Assembly: GCA_002376885.1 (NCBI GenBank) | Contig: DFOW01000002.1 | Location: 1-54,102 of the forward strand | Direction: 5' to 3' | DNA from: Patescibacteria group bacterium UBA3531 | GTDB lineage: Bacteria > Patescibacteriota > Minisyncoccia > Phycocordibacterales > UBA3531 | Length of the DNA: 54,102 nucleotides | Part shown: piece by piece, positions 28,830 through 38,194 of the stretch | Numbering within the stretch: position 1 is the stretch's first letter | How the letters are laid out: the number at the start of each line of letters is the position of its first letter | The notes under the pieces: model-generated | What the model saw: the letters and a program-made list of their open reading frames with translations, nothing else | Databases searched by the model: none | Told to the model about the DNA's origin: nothing | Position numbers and translations under genes: made by a program

Positions 28830-29526
28830 CTAGAGGATCTTCATCACCTCCCCCATGATGAGATCACTAATGGTTTCCCGATCGAGGATGTCCTCGCCAG
28901 GCGAGCATTCGATGAGTACCCAATCTGATCGGTTCCTGGCAAGTCGTCGATAGACCTGGTTGACGGCCTGCTGGAACTCGTACGACGCCTCGTGTCCGTC
29001 CAGGCTTCCACCTTCGTGACGAGCGCGCGCCTCCATCTGTCGACGTGCGACACGCTCGCTGACGTCCAAGTAGACGACAAGGTCGGGCTTAGGAACCCCA
29101 AGCTCTCCGTATTCGCCCTCCTCGATCCATTCGACGATCTCATCCTGTTCTTCGATTATTGCGAGCTTCGCCGCTTGATACCCGACATTGCTTGGGGGTA
29201 TAGCGGTTGACAACTACCGCATCGAGCGTGTAGAGCATCTCAAGAAGAGAGTCTCTTGCAGCAGCCCGATCGAGCGCATACGGTGCACACGCGAGCTTGG
29301 CAGGAATCTTCGTCGGATCACCAAACTCCCCATCGAGGTACGCGCGCACCATTTTGCCGTACAACGTTTCGTACCGAGGAAAGTCACGTGAACCAACCTC
29401 GAACCCTTCGACACCGAGACGATCAACGAGAAGACCGACTTGTGTCGCCTTCCCAACACCATCAGCTCCATCGATAACGATGAGCTTGCCCTTGTTAGGA
29501 GCGTTGCCGCCCCCTCCATTACTCAT
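28830..29526 (-). pseudogene. tmk: Thymidylate kinase split by a one-base frameshift
   Basis: LIVIDGADGVGKATQ...DFPRY...YALDR...VNRYT then PSNVGYQAAK...PKPDLVVYLDV...DGHE in another frame; extra base at ACCCCCAAGC (~29195). Confidence 0.85.
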
Positions 29527-29564
29527 GTAGAACTCCTTTCCTCTTTCGAGGGAAATCTTCACCA

Positions 29565-29614
29565 TTTCTATCACGCCTAAACTATTTTGACAAAGATCCT
29601 GTCATACGTAGACT
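29565..29614. promoter_or_regulatory. Overlapping divergent sigma70 promoters for tmk and thyX
   Basis: Plus strand TTGACA(29587)-N16-TAGACT; minus strand TTGTCA-N17-TAGAAA. Confidence 0.5.
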
Positions 29615-29662
29615 GTCTTTAGCAGATCTTTGTTTTCCCATCGATACCAAAGGAGTAAAACG

Positions 29663-31042
29663 ATGGAAACGGGAATTCTCGAAATTGGCGGTCTCCGCCA
29701 CACCGTCTGCGATCTTTCAAGCGGTGGAATGGTGCTCGCCTTGAACAAGGGTGAGCAAATTGGAGCAGAGGCCGAGGCCATGCTTCAGGCGTTCTACTCT
29801 CGTGACCCGGGAGTGATCGTCACCAAGCTCGAAGAGCTCGACGAGAAAGACGAGCGCAAGTTCATGGACACCTACTACGTGGGGTATGCCCACAAGTCGA
29901 TCGGCGACTGCGGTAGCGTGACCATCTTCATCGAGGGCGTCTCGATGCTCGTCGCCAAGGCCGTCCAGGACTTCGCGCTCTACAACGGGCAGGAGTGCTC
30001 GACCCGCTACATCGACTTCGCCCACCAGCCGTTCGTCGATCCCATCGGTTCTCTCGAGTCCAAGGGTATCCTCGATGAGTGGCGCACGTTCTACCTGACC
30101 AGTCAGGAAGAAGTGGTGGCACACCTGATGGAGCTCTACCCGCGAGGAACCGACGAGAAGAAGGGTGTCTACGAGAAGGCCATCAAGGCACGTGCCTTCG
30201 ACATCCTTCGGGGCTTCCTCCCGGCGGGTGCCGAGACGAACCTTGCCTGGCACGGCGAGCTTCGCCAGGTGGCGGATCACCTGATGCGTCTCCGCAACCA
30301 CCCGCTTGCGGAAGTCCGCGAAGTCGCAGATGCCGCGCACTCCGTCCTCCTCAAGACGCACCCCGATTCGTTCGGACACAAGCGTTACGAGGCGATGGAG
30401 GGGTACCTCGAGTGGTGGATGAAGGAGCTCTACTACTTCCGTCATGCCCCCTACAATGGAGTCGAAGTGCTTCGGGACGGGGTGGACCCCATCCTTCTCT
30501 CGGAATATCAGGACGCCATGAAAAGGAGGCCGGCCAAGACGGAGCTCCCCAAGATCGTGGCGGAGTGTGGAACGATGCAGTTCGGGTTCATGCTCGACTT
30601 CGGGTCGTTCCGTGACGTTCAGCGTCACCGAGCGGTGATTCAGCGAATGCCTCTTGTGACGGACATCCACGACTTCGAGCCGTGGTACCTGAACGCCCTC
30701 CCGACGGGTGTAGCCAAGGGGGCTACTCGGCTTCTTGCTGGGCAACGGTCTCAGACCAACAATCTGGATGAGTCGCCGCTTCTTAAGCAGTACTACATCC
30801 CGATGGGCTACCAGCTCCCCAACCGACTCTCGGGAGACCTCCCGGCGCTCGTCTACTTGGTGGAGCTCCGTGCAACGCGGTTCGTCCACCCGACGCTCGT
30901 GTCGAAGGCAAGCGCCATGGCGGAGCATCTGACAAGCAGGTTCGGAAATGCAGGACTCGTTCTTCATCTCGATGACGAGCCGGGCCGGTTCGACGTCAAG
31001 CGCGGCGAACAGGACATCACTCGTCGTAGCGCTTCCTCTTAG
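29663..31042 (+). CDS. thyX: FAD-dependent thymidylate synthase, tandem-domain ThyX type
   Basis: YYVGYAHKSIGD, QECSTRY, KARAFDILRGFLP, DFGSFRDVQRHR, ELR...HP; AAGGAG before ATG 29663. Confidence 0.85.
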   Translation: METGILEIGGLRHTVCDLSSGGMVLALNKGEQIGAEAEAMLQAFYSRDPGVIVTKLEELDEKDERKFMDTYYVGYAHKSIGDCGSVTIFIEGVSMLVAKAVQDFALYNGQECSTRYIDFAHQPFVDPIGSLESKGILDEWRTFYLTSQEEVVAHLMELYPRGTDEKKGVYEKAIKARAFDILRGFLPAGAETNLAWHGELRQVADHLMRLRNHPLAEVREVADAAHSVLLKTHPDSFGHKRYEAMEGYLEWWMKELYYFRHAPYNGVEVLRDGVDPILLSEYQDAMKRRPAKTELPKIVAECGTMQFGFMLDFGSFRDVQRHRAVIQRMPLVTDIHDFEPWYLNALPTGVAKGATRLLAGQRSQTNNLDESPLLKQYYIPMGYQLPNRLSGDLPALVYLVELRATRFVHPTLVSKASAMAEHLTSRFGNAGLVLHLDDEPGRFDVKRGEQDITRRSASS

Positions 31043-31068
31043 GTCAAGATGGGAAGAAACGAAACGAA

Positions 31069-31108
31069 GAAGGCCCTGGTGTGCATGCACACCAGGGCCT
31101 TTTCTTTT
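31069..31108 (+). terminator. Intrinsic terminator after thyX
   Basis: AGGCCCTGGTGTGCA/TGCACACCAGGGCCT followed by a T-run. Confidence 0.75.
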
Positions 31109-31166
31109 GACAAAAACAGTAAGAAAAAGTAACTTCTACACTAGACACCCTCCTCAAGGAGAAACC

Positions 31167-31838
31167 ATGCCCGCTCTTTCCGACAAGTCCATTCTCCAAG
31201 AAAAGGAGGAAGGCAACATCATCATCGATCCGTTCGACAGAAAGAACCTGAATACGTCGAGCTACGACGTCACCCTCGGAGAGTACTACTTTCGCGAGGG
31301 TGAACCCGAACGGTTCCTTGGCTTCTACAACCCGTGGTGTGAGGCAGACGTTCGTGCCGTCTGGGGAGAACCCCTCCAGGCACAACCAGCCTTCAAGCTT
31401 CTCGATGAAGCACATCTCGGTGAAACTGGCATCGCCCCCAGGGACAAGGTGATCATCATCAAGCCGGGCGAGACAATTCTCGCCCATACCGAAGAGTTCA
31501 TCGGTGGACGAAACCACATCACCACCATGATGAAGGCGCGATCGTCGCTCGGTCGAAACTTCATCGAAGTCTGCAAGTGCGCAGGCTGGGGTGACGTCGG
31601 GTTCTTCAACCGGTGGACCATGGAGATCACCAACAACTCGCGACATCGGGCCATTCCCCTCATCGTTGGACGACGTATCGCCCAGATCGTCTTCTTCGAG
31701 ACAGGAGATGTCCTCGACGTGCAGTACTCGGGGGACGGCAAGTACCAGACCAGCACCGAGATCGAAGAGCTCAAGCGTTCGTGGAACCCGAACGCCATGC
31801 TCCCCAAGCTGTTCAAGGACCGTGAGATCGGTCGGTGA
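31167..31838 (+). CDS. dcd: dCTP deaminase
   Basis: LSDKSI, SSYDVTLG, PGETILAHTEE, ARSSLGR, AGWGDVGF..RWTMEITN, RIAQIVF, GKYQ; AAGGAG before ATG 31167. Confidence 0.9.
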   Translation: MPALSDKSILQEKEEGNIIIDPFDRKNLNTSSYDVTLGEYYFREGEPERFLGFYNPWCEADVRAVWGEPLQAQPAFKLLDEAHLGETGIAPRDKVIIIKPGETILAHTEEFIGGRNHITTMMKARSSLGRNFIEVCKCAGWGDVGFFNRWTMEITNNSRHRAIPLIVGRRIAQIVFFETGDVLDVQYSGDGKYQTSTEIEELKRSWNPNAMLPKLFKDREIGR

Positions 31839-31840
31839 TG

Positions 31841-31877
31841 AAAAGCCCCGACTTGGCTAACCAAGTCGGGGCTTTTC
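31841..31877. terminator. Bidirectional terminator between dcd and rplK
   Basis: AAAAGCCCCGACTTGG-CTAA-CCAAGTCGGGGCTTTT. Confidence 0.8.
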
Positions 31878-31900
31878 TCGTTCCTAAATTTTAAAAATAT

Positions 31901-32326
31901 TTATTTCGTCACCTCAATTCCCATGGAACGTGCTGTTCCTTCGATGATTTTTGAAGCCTGGTCAACATCATTTGCAGAAAGATCTTGCATTTTCTCTTCA
32001 GCGATTTCTTTTACTTGAGCGGCTGTCACCTTCCCTGCCTTTTTAGTCAAATTTGTTCCTGATCCTTTGTCTACTCCAGCTGCCTTTTTTAAAAGGACTG
32101 ATGCAGGTGGAGTCTTTACCACAAAATCAAAAGTTCGGTCTTCGTAAACAGAAATTACTGCGGGAACTGTTACTCCCATTTTGTCTTTAGTTGCATCATT
32201 AAATCGGGTTACAAACTCACCAATGTTTACTCCTGCCTGTCCAAGCGCAGGACCAAGAGTTCCAGCAGGAGTTGCCTTTCCGCCAGGAGCTTGTACCTTA
32301 ATTTGTTTTACTACTTTTTTTGCCAT
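31901..32326 (-). CDS. rplK: 50S ribosomal protein L11
   Basis: [39 protein letters not shown]. Confidence 0.98.
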   Translation of the reverse strand: MAKKVVKQIKVQAPGGKATPAGTLGPALGQAGVNIGEFVTRFNDATKDKMGVTVPAVISVYEDRTFDFVVKTPPASVLLKKAAGVDKGSGTNLTKKAGKVTAAQVKEIAEEKMQDLSANDVDQASKIIEGTARSMGIEVTK

Positions 32327-32339
32327 ATAGAGATCTTAC

Positions 32340-32936
32340 TTATATTTTTGCTACCTGCAAGAAGTCGAGCTCAACCGGTGTTTCTCGTCCAAACATTGAA
32401 ACAAGGACCTTAACCTTACCCCTCTCCTCGTCAATTTCTCCCACTTTTCCTTCAAACTCTTTGAAGGGCCCATCGACGATTCGTACTGATTCATCAATAG
32501 CTAAATCAATCTTGTGTTTTACGGTGTCTGACGACATTCTTCCAAAGAGCCCGTCTACTTCCTTCTCGTTTAGCGGAACTGGGACCACACCTGACCCCAC
32601 AAATCCTGTCACTCGAGGAGTGTTCCTGACAATGTACCAACTTTCTGGGTCGTAGATCATTTCAACAAGCACGTATCCTTGATAGATCTTTTCTTCTACC
32701 TCTGCTCGTTTTCCTCCTTTGATTTTAATTTTCTTTTCTGTTGGAACAAGAACATTAAAAATCTTGTTTTCCATTCCAAGAGAATCGATTCGTTGACGTA
32801 AGTTTCGTGCAACCGCATTTTCATACCCTGAATAGGTATGGATTGCATACCACTTTCGGTTAGGATCTTTAGAACCCCCTATTGGTGTAGCAACAGCTTC
32901 TTCTTGTTTTGTTTCGTTTGGTGTTTCTTCTGACAT
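32340..32936 (-). CDS. nusG: Transcription termination/antitermination factor NusG
   Basis: WYAIHTYSGYEN, VRNTPRVTGFVG, KOW motif, FGRETPVELDF. Confidence 0.98.
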   Translation of the reverse strand: MSEETPNETKQEEAVATPIGGSKDPNRKWYAIHTYSGYENAVARNLRQRIDSLGMENKIFNVLVPTEKKIKIKGGKRAEVEEKIYQGYVLVEMIYDPESWYIVRNTPRVTGFVGSGVVPVPLNEKEVDGLFGRMSSDTVKHKIDLAIDESVRIVDGPFKEFEGKVGEIDEERGKVKVLVSMFGRETPVELDFLQVAKI

Positions 32937-32938
32937 GA

Positions 32939-33121
32939 TTAGATAAATAATTGGAGAATTTCCCCGAAGATATAGTCAAAAACTCCAAGGAGAATAGAAA
33001 CAATAATTGAAATAAGAATAACCAAACCAGTAAACTGGAGCGCTTGACGCCTAGTTGGCCAGCTTACATGTTTGAGCTCTCCTCGTGTCTCTTGTACGTA
33101 TTTGATTGGGTTAAATGCCAT
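32939..33121 (-). CDS. secE: Preprotein translocase subunit SecE
   Basis: ELKHVSWPTR followed by a TM helix; secE-nusG synteny. Confidence 0.95.
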   Translation of the reverse strand: MAFNPIKYVQETRGELKHVSWPTRRQALQFTGLVILISIIVSILLGVFDYIFGEILQLFI

Positions 33122-33187
33122 CCTAACGAGAAAATTTTAAGTAATAATTTTCCTACTTAATCCCTATTCGATGAATTTCTAACAGGG
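33120..33187. repeat. TTCTAACGGG-family element, degenerate copy D
   Basis: ATCCTAACGAGAAAATT ... AATTTCTAACAGGG; abuts the secE ATG. Confidence 0.45.
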
Positions 33188-33279
33188 CAAGTAGATTTTT
33201 CTATTTAAAAAAGCCCTCTCGGGCAGTGGATGTATAGTAGCAGAAAGGCTCTCCTCCGTCAAATTGGACAATTTTCTCT

Positions 33280-35862
33280 TTAATTAACTCCAAATAATAC
33301 AAAGAGCGTTAAGAAGCCAGTGGTTACAATAAATGAAATCACAAGCCCCACTGGTCGTGGTGCCAAAAGACCAACAAATCCTGAGAAAAAGATTCCCGAA
33401 AATACACCAAAGTAAAAGAGGAGCGCGTCTAGAAACAGTAATTGACCAGGATTTCCAAATTGAATAAATGCAAGTGACGAAGTTTCTATAGATGCCCGAA
33501 CAATTCCAAACACAATAAGACCTATCAAAAGAAGAGCAAGAAACCGTTTGCGCTCATTATTAATGGCAAGAATAACCACCAAAAGAAGACCGAGAATATA
33601 AAAGATCATAGGAGTAGCAAGTTGTGATTCAACCCCCTGAATAAGACGCTCCTCAACTTTAATATCCTTGAGCTCATTAATCACTCTCGCATCAAACATT
33701 TCTCCTGCAAGTTCGGCATCTTCTCCTGCTTCTTTTTGCTGAACATTGAGTGGAAGCACTGGAACAGGAGCACCCAAAGAAAAGTTATCATCATTTTCTT
33801 GCGCAAGAGGGAAAATGGCATTTAGTGTATTTCTAAAGGTAGTAACAGCACGCCTAGTTGTTGTTTGTCGTGGAGGTGGTGATGACACTTGAGACTGGGA
33901 TGAGCTTTGGGTAACTTGATTTGTATTTGTTTGCTCTGCTTGGGGACTTGCTTGTGCAATTGTTTGAGTATTATTAACCGTCACTTGCACTGTATCAATA
34001 TCGGTTTGATTAAAAATATCTCGAGCAATGACGGTAACGGTATAGGTTCCGTTAGGGTAATCTCGTGTCTCCCACAACCCTCCATAGGGTGAGTTATTAT
34101 CAAAGCGAATGCTCTCTCCATCTACTTGGAACTCAACCGTATCTACAAGACTTGAACTCATGGCATTGGCCCTAATAGTGAAAAGGCCACTGACGGTGTC
34201 CCCTTCTGTCAGATTTGAAATGTTTACTGTTGGTGGAGGACCAGCTTCTTCGGGAACAGTATTACTGTTTGATGATGATCCGCTCGAACTTCCTCCGGAC
34301 AAACCACCCCCGCCTTGTGCCACAGTTCCTCCTACTCCATCTCCTGGGTTACTAGTCAAAGAGTTTAAATATTCTTCCAAGTTGGTGAAGCCATCACCAT
34401 CAAGGTCTCCGTTTCGATCGCTAGCACTATTAGGATCGAGACCATTGCTTGATTCAAAGCTGTCGGGCATACCATCACTATCAGAATCAGTTGGTGCAGT
34501 TCCTCCAACAATAATAGGCCATCCACCAACCTCACTTGGGTAATTAACACCCAAACGATACCCCGCAGAAAACCCTGTTCTATTGTTTACGTCATTTACT
34601 ACTCGAGAGTCAACTGAATCTCTTTGTGGGCGATTTGCGCCCACATCTCCCAACACAATATTTTGCACCTGACTCGCTGGGACCTCGGTCACCCATGGTG
34701 AAGAAAAACGACTTGAAGATACGACAGCTCCATTATTTAAGGCTCTTTGTGAAAGGACTTCGGGCACTACCGTCTGGATAATATTGTCGGTGTAATAAAT
34801 TTCTGGAGAAGTACCTGAATTTACAGCAAGTGCACTTGTCTCAAAAAGTAAGTATCTATCTTCATAGTCATCTGTTACGGGCCCGGCTTTAATAAGGTTT
34901 CCAATATAGTTTACGGTGGTATTGTTGCCTGCTACTCCTATTTGGTGCCCAGGATCATAAATAATGTTATTAATAAAATCCAAGTGCCCCGGACCATCAA
35001 ACTTTGGATTTCGCTGACTTGTGTGAGCATATAAACTATGATGGATAGTGATGTTTAATCCATTCGGAAATGAACTGGCTCCATTCCCTACTAATTGTGC
35101 TCCTCCTGTGACAAAGTGACCATTACAATATCCTCCGGGCTGTGTCATATAATTAAAGTTATCTGTGGAACAAAACAAGCCCTCAGACAAAATGGACCAT
35201 TGTATGGTTATATTGTTTACGTCCCCGATACTAAAAATTTCATCAGTCGCCCACGACACTGAAACATGGTCGATGATTACATCGTGTGCTCCTTCGCGAA
35301 TGTTTAGTGCGTCTAGACAACACGTACCGACCCCAACAGGTGTTTCGGTATTTGGACCAGGGCGAATGCGTATGTACCGTACAATCACATCGTGGGTCAA
35401 AATATCGAGCAACCCTAATTCTCCGCCAGAATCGTACCTAAGAGTAATTCCCCCTCCGGGGGCAGTTTGCCCCGCAATAGTCACATAGGGATTTGTGATA
35501 CGAATGTTTCTTTCTAAAACAATGGTTCCTCCAACCCGAAACACAACAGTCCTTGGCCCAGACGCTTCAAGTGCTGCTCTCAAACTCCCTGGCCCTGAAT
35601 CATTTAAATTCGTCACAAACAAAACCTCTCCCCCACGCCCACCACGAGCAAGTGCGCCAAACCCCTCAGCCCCCGGAAAAGCAATTTGACCCGTTATCGG
35701 CACCCCTCCTGCAAGTTGCGCACCTCCTCCTCGAAGTTCGTTAAATGTTTCTTTAGCGCCATCCCAAACAGAGGAGTTAAAAATTGACCCACTTAATGAA
35801 GAGAGTGCAAGAAGCAATATTAAAAAAACGTAAATGGGTATATAGAGATGTTTTCCAGTCAC
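33280..35862 (-). CDS. PL1-family pectate lyase with Ig-like domain and C-terminal TM helices
   Basis: AFPGAEGFGA..RGGRGG, VTNLNDSGPGSLRAA, IAGQTAPGGGI, IIDHVSVSWATDE, RNP, DSDSDGMPD...TNLEEYLN; Big-like domain; ~4 C-terminal TMs. Confidence 0.85.
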   Translation of the reverse strand: MTGKHLYIPIYVFLILLLALSSLSGSIFNSSVWDGAKETFNELRGGGAQLAGGVPITGQIAFPGAEGFGALARGGRGGEVLFVTNLNDSGPGSLRAALEASGPRTVVFRVGGTIVLERNIRITNPYVTIAGQTAPGGGITLRYDSGGELGLLDILTHDVIVRYIRIRPGPNTETPVGVGTCCLDALNIREGAHDVIIDHVSVSWATDEIFSIGDVNNITIQWSILSEGLFCSTDNFNYMTQPGGYCNGHFVTGGAQLVGNGASSFPNGLNITIHHSLYAHTSQRNPKFDGPGHLDFINNIIYDPGHQIGVAGNNTTVNYIGNLIKAGPVTDDYEDRYLLFETSALAVNSGTSPEIYYTDNIIQTVVPEVLSQRALNNGAVVSSSRFSSPWVTEVPASQVQNIVLGDVGANRPQRDSVDSRVVNDVNNRTGFSAGYRLGVNYPSEVGGWPIIVGGTAPTDSDSDGMPDSFESSNGLDPNSASDRNGDLDGDGFTNLEEYLNSLTSNPGDGVGGTVAQGGGGLSGGSSSGSSSNSNTVPEEAGPPPTVNISNLTEGDTVSGLFTIRANAMSSSLVDTVEFQVDGESIRFDNNSPYGGLWETRDYPNGTYTVTVIARDIFNQTDIDTVQVTVNNTQTIAQASPQAEQTNTNQVTQSSSQSQVSSPPPRQTTTRRAVTTFRNTLNAIFPLAQENDDNFSLGAPVPVLPLNVQQKEAGEDAELAGEMFDARVINELKDIKVEERLIQGVESQLATPMIFYILGLLLVVILAINNERKRFLALLLIGLIVFGIVRASIETSSLAFIQFGNPGQLLFLDALLFYFGVFSGIFFSGFVGLLAPRPVGLVISFIVTTGFLTLFVLFGVN

Positions 35863-35930
35863 ACTTTTATTATAGCAATGATCAATACAAAAACGCCCGG
35901 GTATCGGGCGTTTTTGTGAGTGGGTGTAGT

Positions 35931-36725
35931 TTATCTAATTTCGTAAATAATGTTTACGTTTGAAGTGATGGTGCTTTCGCCAACGGGGAGTTCTGGGACT
36001 GTTTTTGTACTCTCAAGTGTTGCAGTATCTCCTCCAAAACCAAATCGATCATAGTAAGGATAAAATCCACTATCAGAGAAGTTCACTACATCTCCTAAAC
36101 GAACACCAAGTGCATCCGCCAAACGTTCTGCTTCTTCGCGCGCATCTTTAATAGCCACTTCTCGTGCTTCTTCACGAAGTGCATCCCGATCTTCTACTTG
36201 GAAGTTTGGTCCATAGACATTTGTTGCACCAAGCTCTCCGATACCAGAAAGTATTGCTCCTACTTCATCGGTTTTTCGGACCTTTACCTCGATACTCTGA
36301 CTGATTCTGTATCCACGAAGCTCTTGTTTACCACCCGGACACCGAAACCCAACAGGACATATTTCTTGCACGTAATCATATTGTGGATTGATTGAGTAGT
36401 TTGTGGTTTTAATATCATCTTCATCAATACCACTATCTTCTAAAAATTCAATAATTGTGTTTGCTTCTTTTGCTGCTTCCTCTTGAGCGGTTGGAATATC
36501 GAGCCCCTCTTCATCAACAGAAATTGAAATGGTAGCAATATCAGGAACAGCAACAACCTCCCCTGTTCCATTTACTGAAATCGTCCGGTTTAAATCAACT
36601 GATTGACCAATAGTTCCATAAGCTTTAAGACCACTGAGGGCCATAACAACAAACAAGATGATAAGAACTACGAGGAGCCCGGTTATTAATTTTTTGATCG
36701 TAGGATCATTTAAGAGTGCGTCCAT
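35931..36725 (-). CDS. SIMPL (DUF541) domain protein
   Basis: ISVNGTGEVVAVPDIA, DIKTTNYSINPQY, AIKDAREEAERLA. Confidence 0.92.
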   Translation of the reverse strand: MDALLNDPTIKKLITGLLVVLIILFVVMALSGLKAYGTIGQSVDLNRTISVNGTGEVVAVPDIATISISVDEEGLDIPTAQEEAAKEANTIIEFLEDSGIDEDDIKTTNYSINPQYDYVQEICPVGFRCPGGKQELRGYRISQSIEVKVRKTDEVGAILSGIGELGATNVYGPNFQVEDRDALREEAREVAIKDAREEAERLADALGVRLGDVVNFSDSGFYPYYDRFGFGGDTATLESTKTVPELPVGESTITSNVNIIYEIR

Positions 36726-36785
36726 AGATATATATTATTTACTTATTGTGCCTCTACTATAGCAGATCGTAAAAAAGAGAGGAAA

Positions 36786-38093
36786 TTAGCCTTCGAGCAA
36801 GTTCCGTGTCTCTTTTTTATAGTATTCAACCGCAGGCTGATCAAAGGCATTCACCCCAAGAAGTTTAGCCAGATACATTACCTCCATAATTTTAAATTGC
36901 ATAAAGGCTCCAAGATCTGAAAAATCCTCGAGCACCACCTCCACAAATGGCAAGCCCTCTTTTTTATAGGCTCGTTTTGTTGCTTCGTAGATAGCACTAA
37001 TCACATCGTCTGATGTTTTTCCTTCAATCATATCAACTAAACCAAACTCACTCTTTTCTGGAAGTTCAATATTCCCCTCCCTATTAAACCAGACAAATGT
37101 TGTAAGTTTATCGTCTGGTCCATCTAAATAAAGTTGAAGCACCGAATGAAGATCGGTTGAACCAATCGAAACCGTTGGCGTTACTCCTATTCGTTTTGTT
37201 ACGCCATCACTGTTGTGTTTTTTACCAACACTTTCTGCAAGTAGTTGTGTATACCATCTTCCTACTGATTCAAATTCACTATTAAAAAAGAAACTGTTTA
37301 CAATCGTCTTCCCTTTTGTGTAATGGTGGTACGTAATTAAAGCAGAAAGAAGCGCAGGATTATTTTCAATATCATTTATAAGGCATGTATCACGCATCTC
37401 TTCTGCTCTTTTAAGAAACGCTCCTGTATCCCAAAGACCTGCAAGGGTCATAGGAAATAGTCCTGTTGGAGAAAGCACCGAGTTACGTCCTGCAACCATT
37501 TTAGGAATAGACAAGGTGCTTATATTTTTATCTTTTGCCTCATTCCAAAGTGGCGACTCTTTATCAGTTATAACCACCATTCGATTATAAATATCTGTTT
37601 TGGTAAATTTTTTAGAAAGCGCTTCAAAAACAACTTCTACATTTGTTGCTGTCTCTGTTGTTTTGCCTGATTTTGTAGTTGTGATAACAATAAATTCTTT
37701 TGGATCGTTTAATTTCTCTCTAATAAATGTTTGTGTTGTGATAAGGAGCCTGGAATTTACCGTATCTAAGAAAAAGATTTTAGGGACTCGGTACTCAAAC
37801 TGATCACTAAATTTATACATGGCCTCGTACAAGGCCTTTGACCCTAAATTAGATCCTCCGATTCCAATCAAAAAGATATATTTTAATTCCTTTGTTCGTT
37901 TTTCTTTAGCAAGGCTTGTAATTTCTTCTAAAAGAGCTTTGTCGCTTGGTAAATTAATTGCGCTTTCGCTAAACTCGTACCCTCCATTTTTTACACAACT
38001 TGTTAAGTGTTCTAAATAAGAAAAAAGATCACCTCCGAGAGATTTAAGTTTACGATCAGTTGTTTTACAACTTTCTTTATAAAGAAACTTCAT
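36786..38093 (-). CDS. pgi: Glucose-6-phosphate isomerase
   Basis: IGIGGSNLG, KSGKTTET, GRNSVLS, QLLAESVGK, DLHS, FDQPAVEYYK. Confidence 0.92.
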   Translation of the reverse strand: MKFLYKESCKTTDRKLKSLGGDLFSYLEHLTSCVKNGGYEFSESAINLPSDKALLEEITSLAKEKRTKELKYIFLIGIGGSNLGSKALYEAMYKFSDQFEYRVPKIFFLDTVNSRLLITTQTFIREKLNDPKEFIVITTTKSGKTTETATNVEVVFEALSKKFTKTDIYNRMVVITDKESPLWNEAKDKNISTLSIPKMVAGRNSVLSPTGLFPMTLAGLWDTGAFLKRAEEMRDTCLINDIENNPALLSALITYHHYTKGKTIVNSFFFNSEFESVGRWYTQLLAESVGKKHNSDGVTKRIGVTPTVSIGSTDLHSVLQLYLDGPDDKLTTFVWFNREGNIELPEKSEFGLVDMIEGKTSDDVISAIYEATKRAYKKEGLPFVEVVLEDFSDLGAFMQFKIMEVMYLAKLLGVNAFDQPAVEYYKKETRNLLEG

Positions 38094-38194
38094 ACGAGAC
38101 GCCTTTTGTTACCACATTGTAGCACGCAAAAGCCTTATTTTTCTTGTACACAACTCCTTCTTGCAGGATACACAATGCATTTCATACTGTAGAT

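Noticed and set aside
29717-31090. 457-aa antisense ORF over thyX, and similar ones over dcd and 42297-43181
   Set aside because: Shadow ORFs expected from GC3-rich coding on the opposite strand; no recognisable motifs
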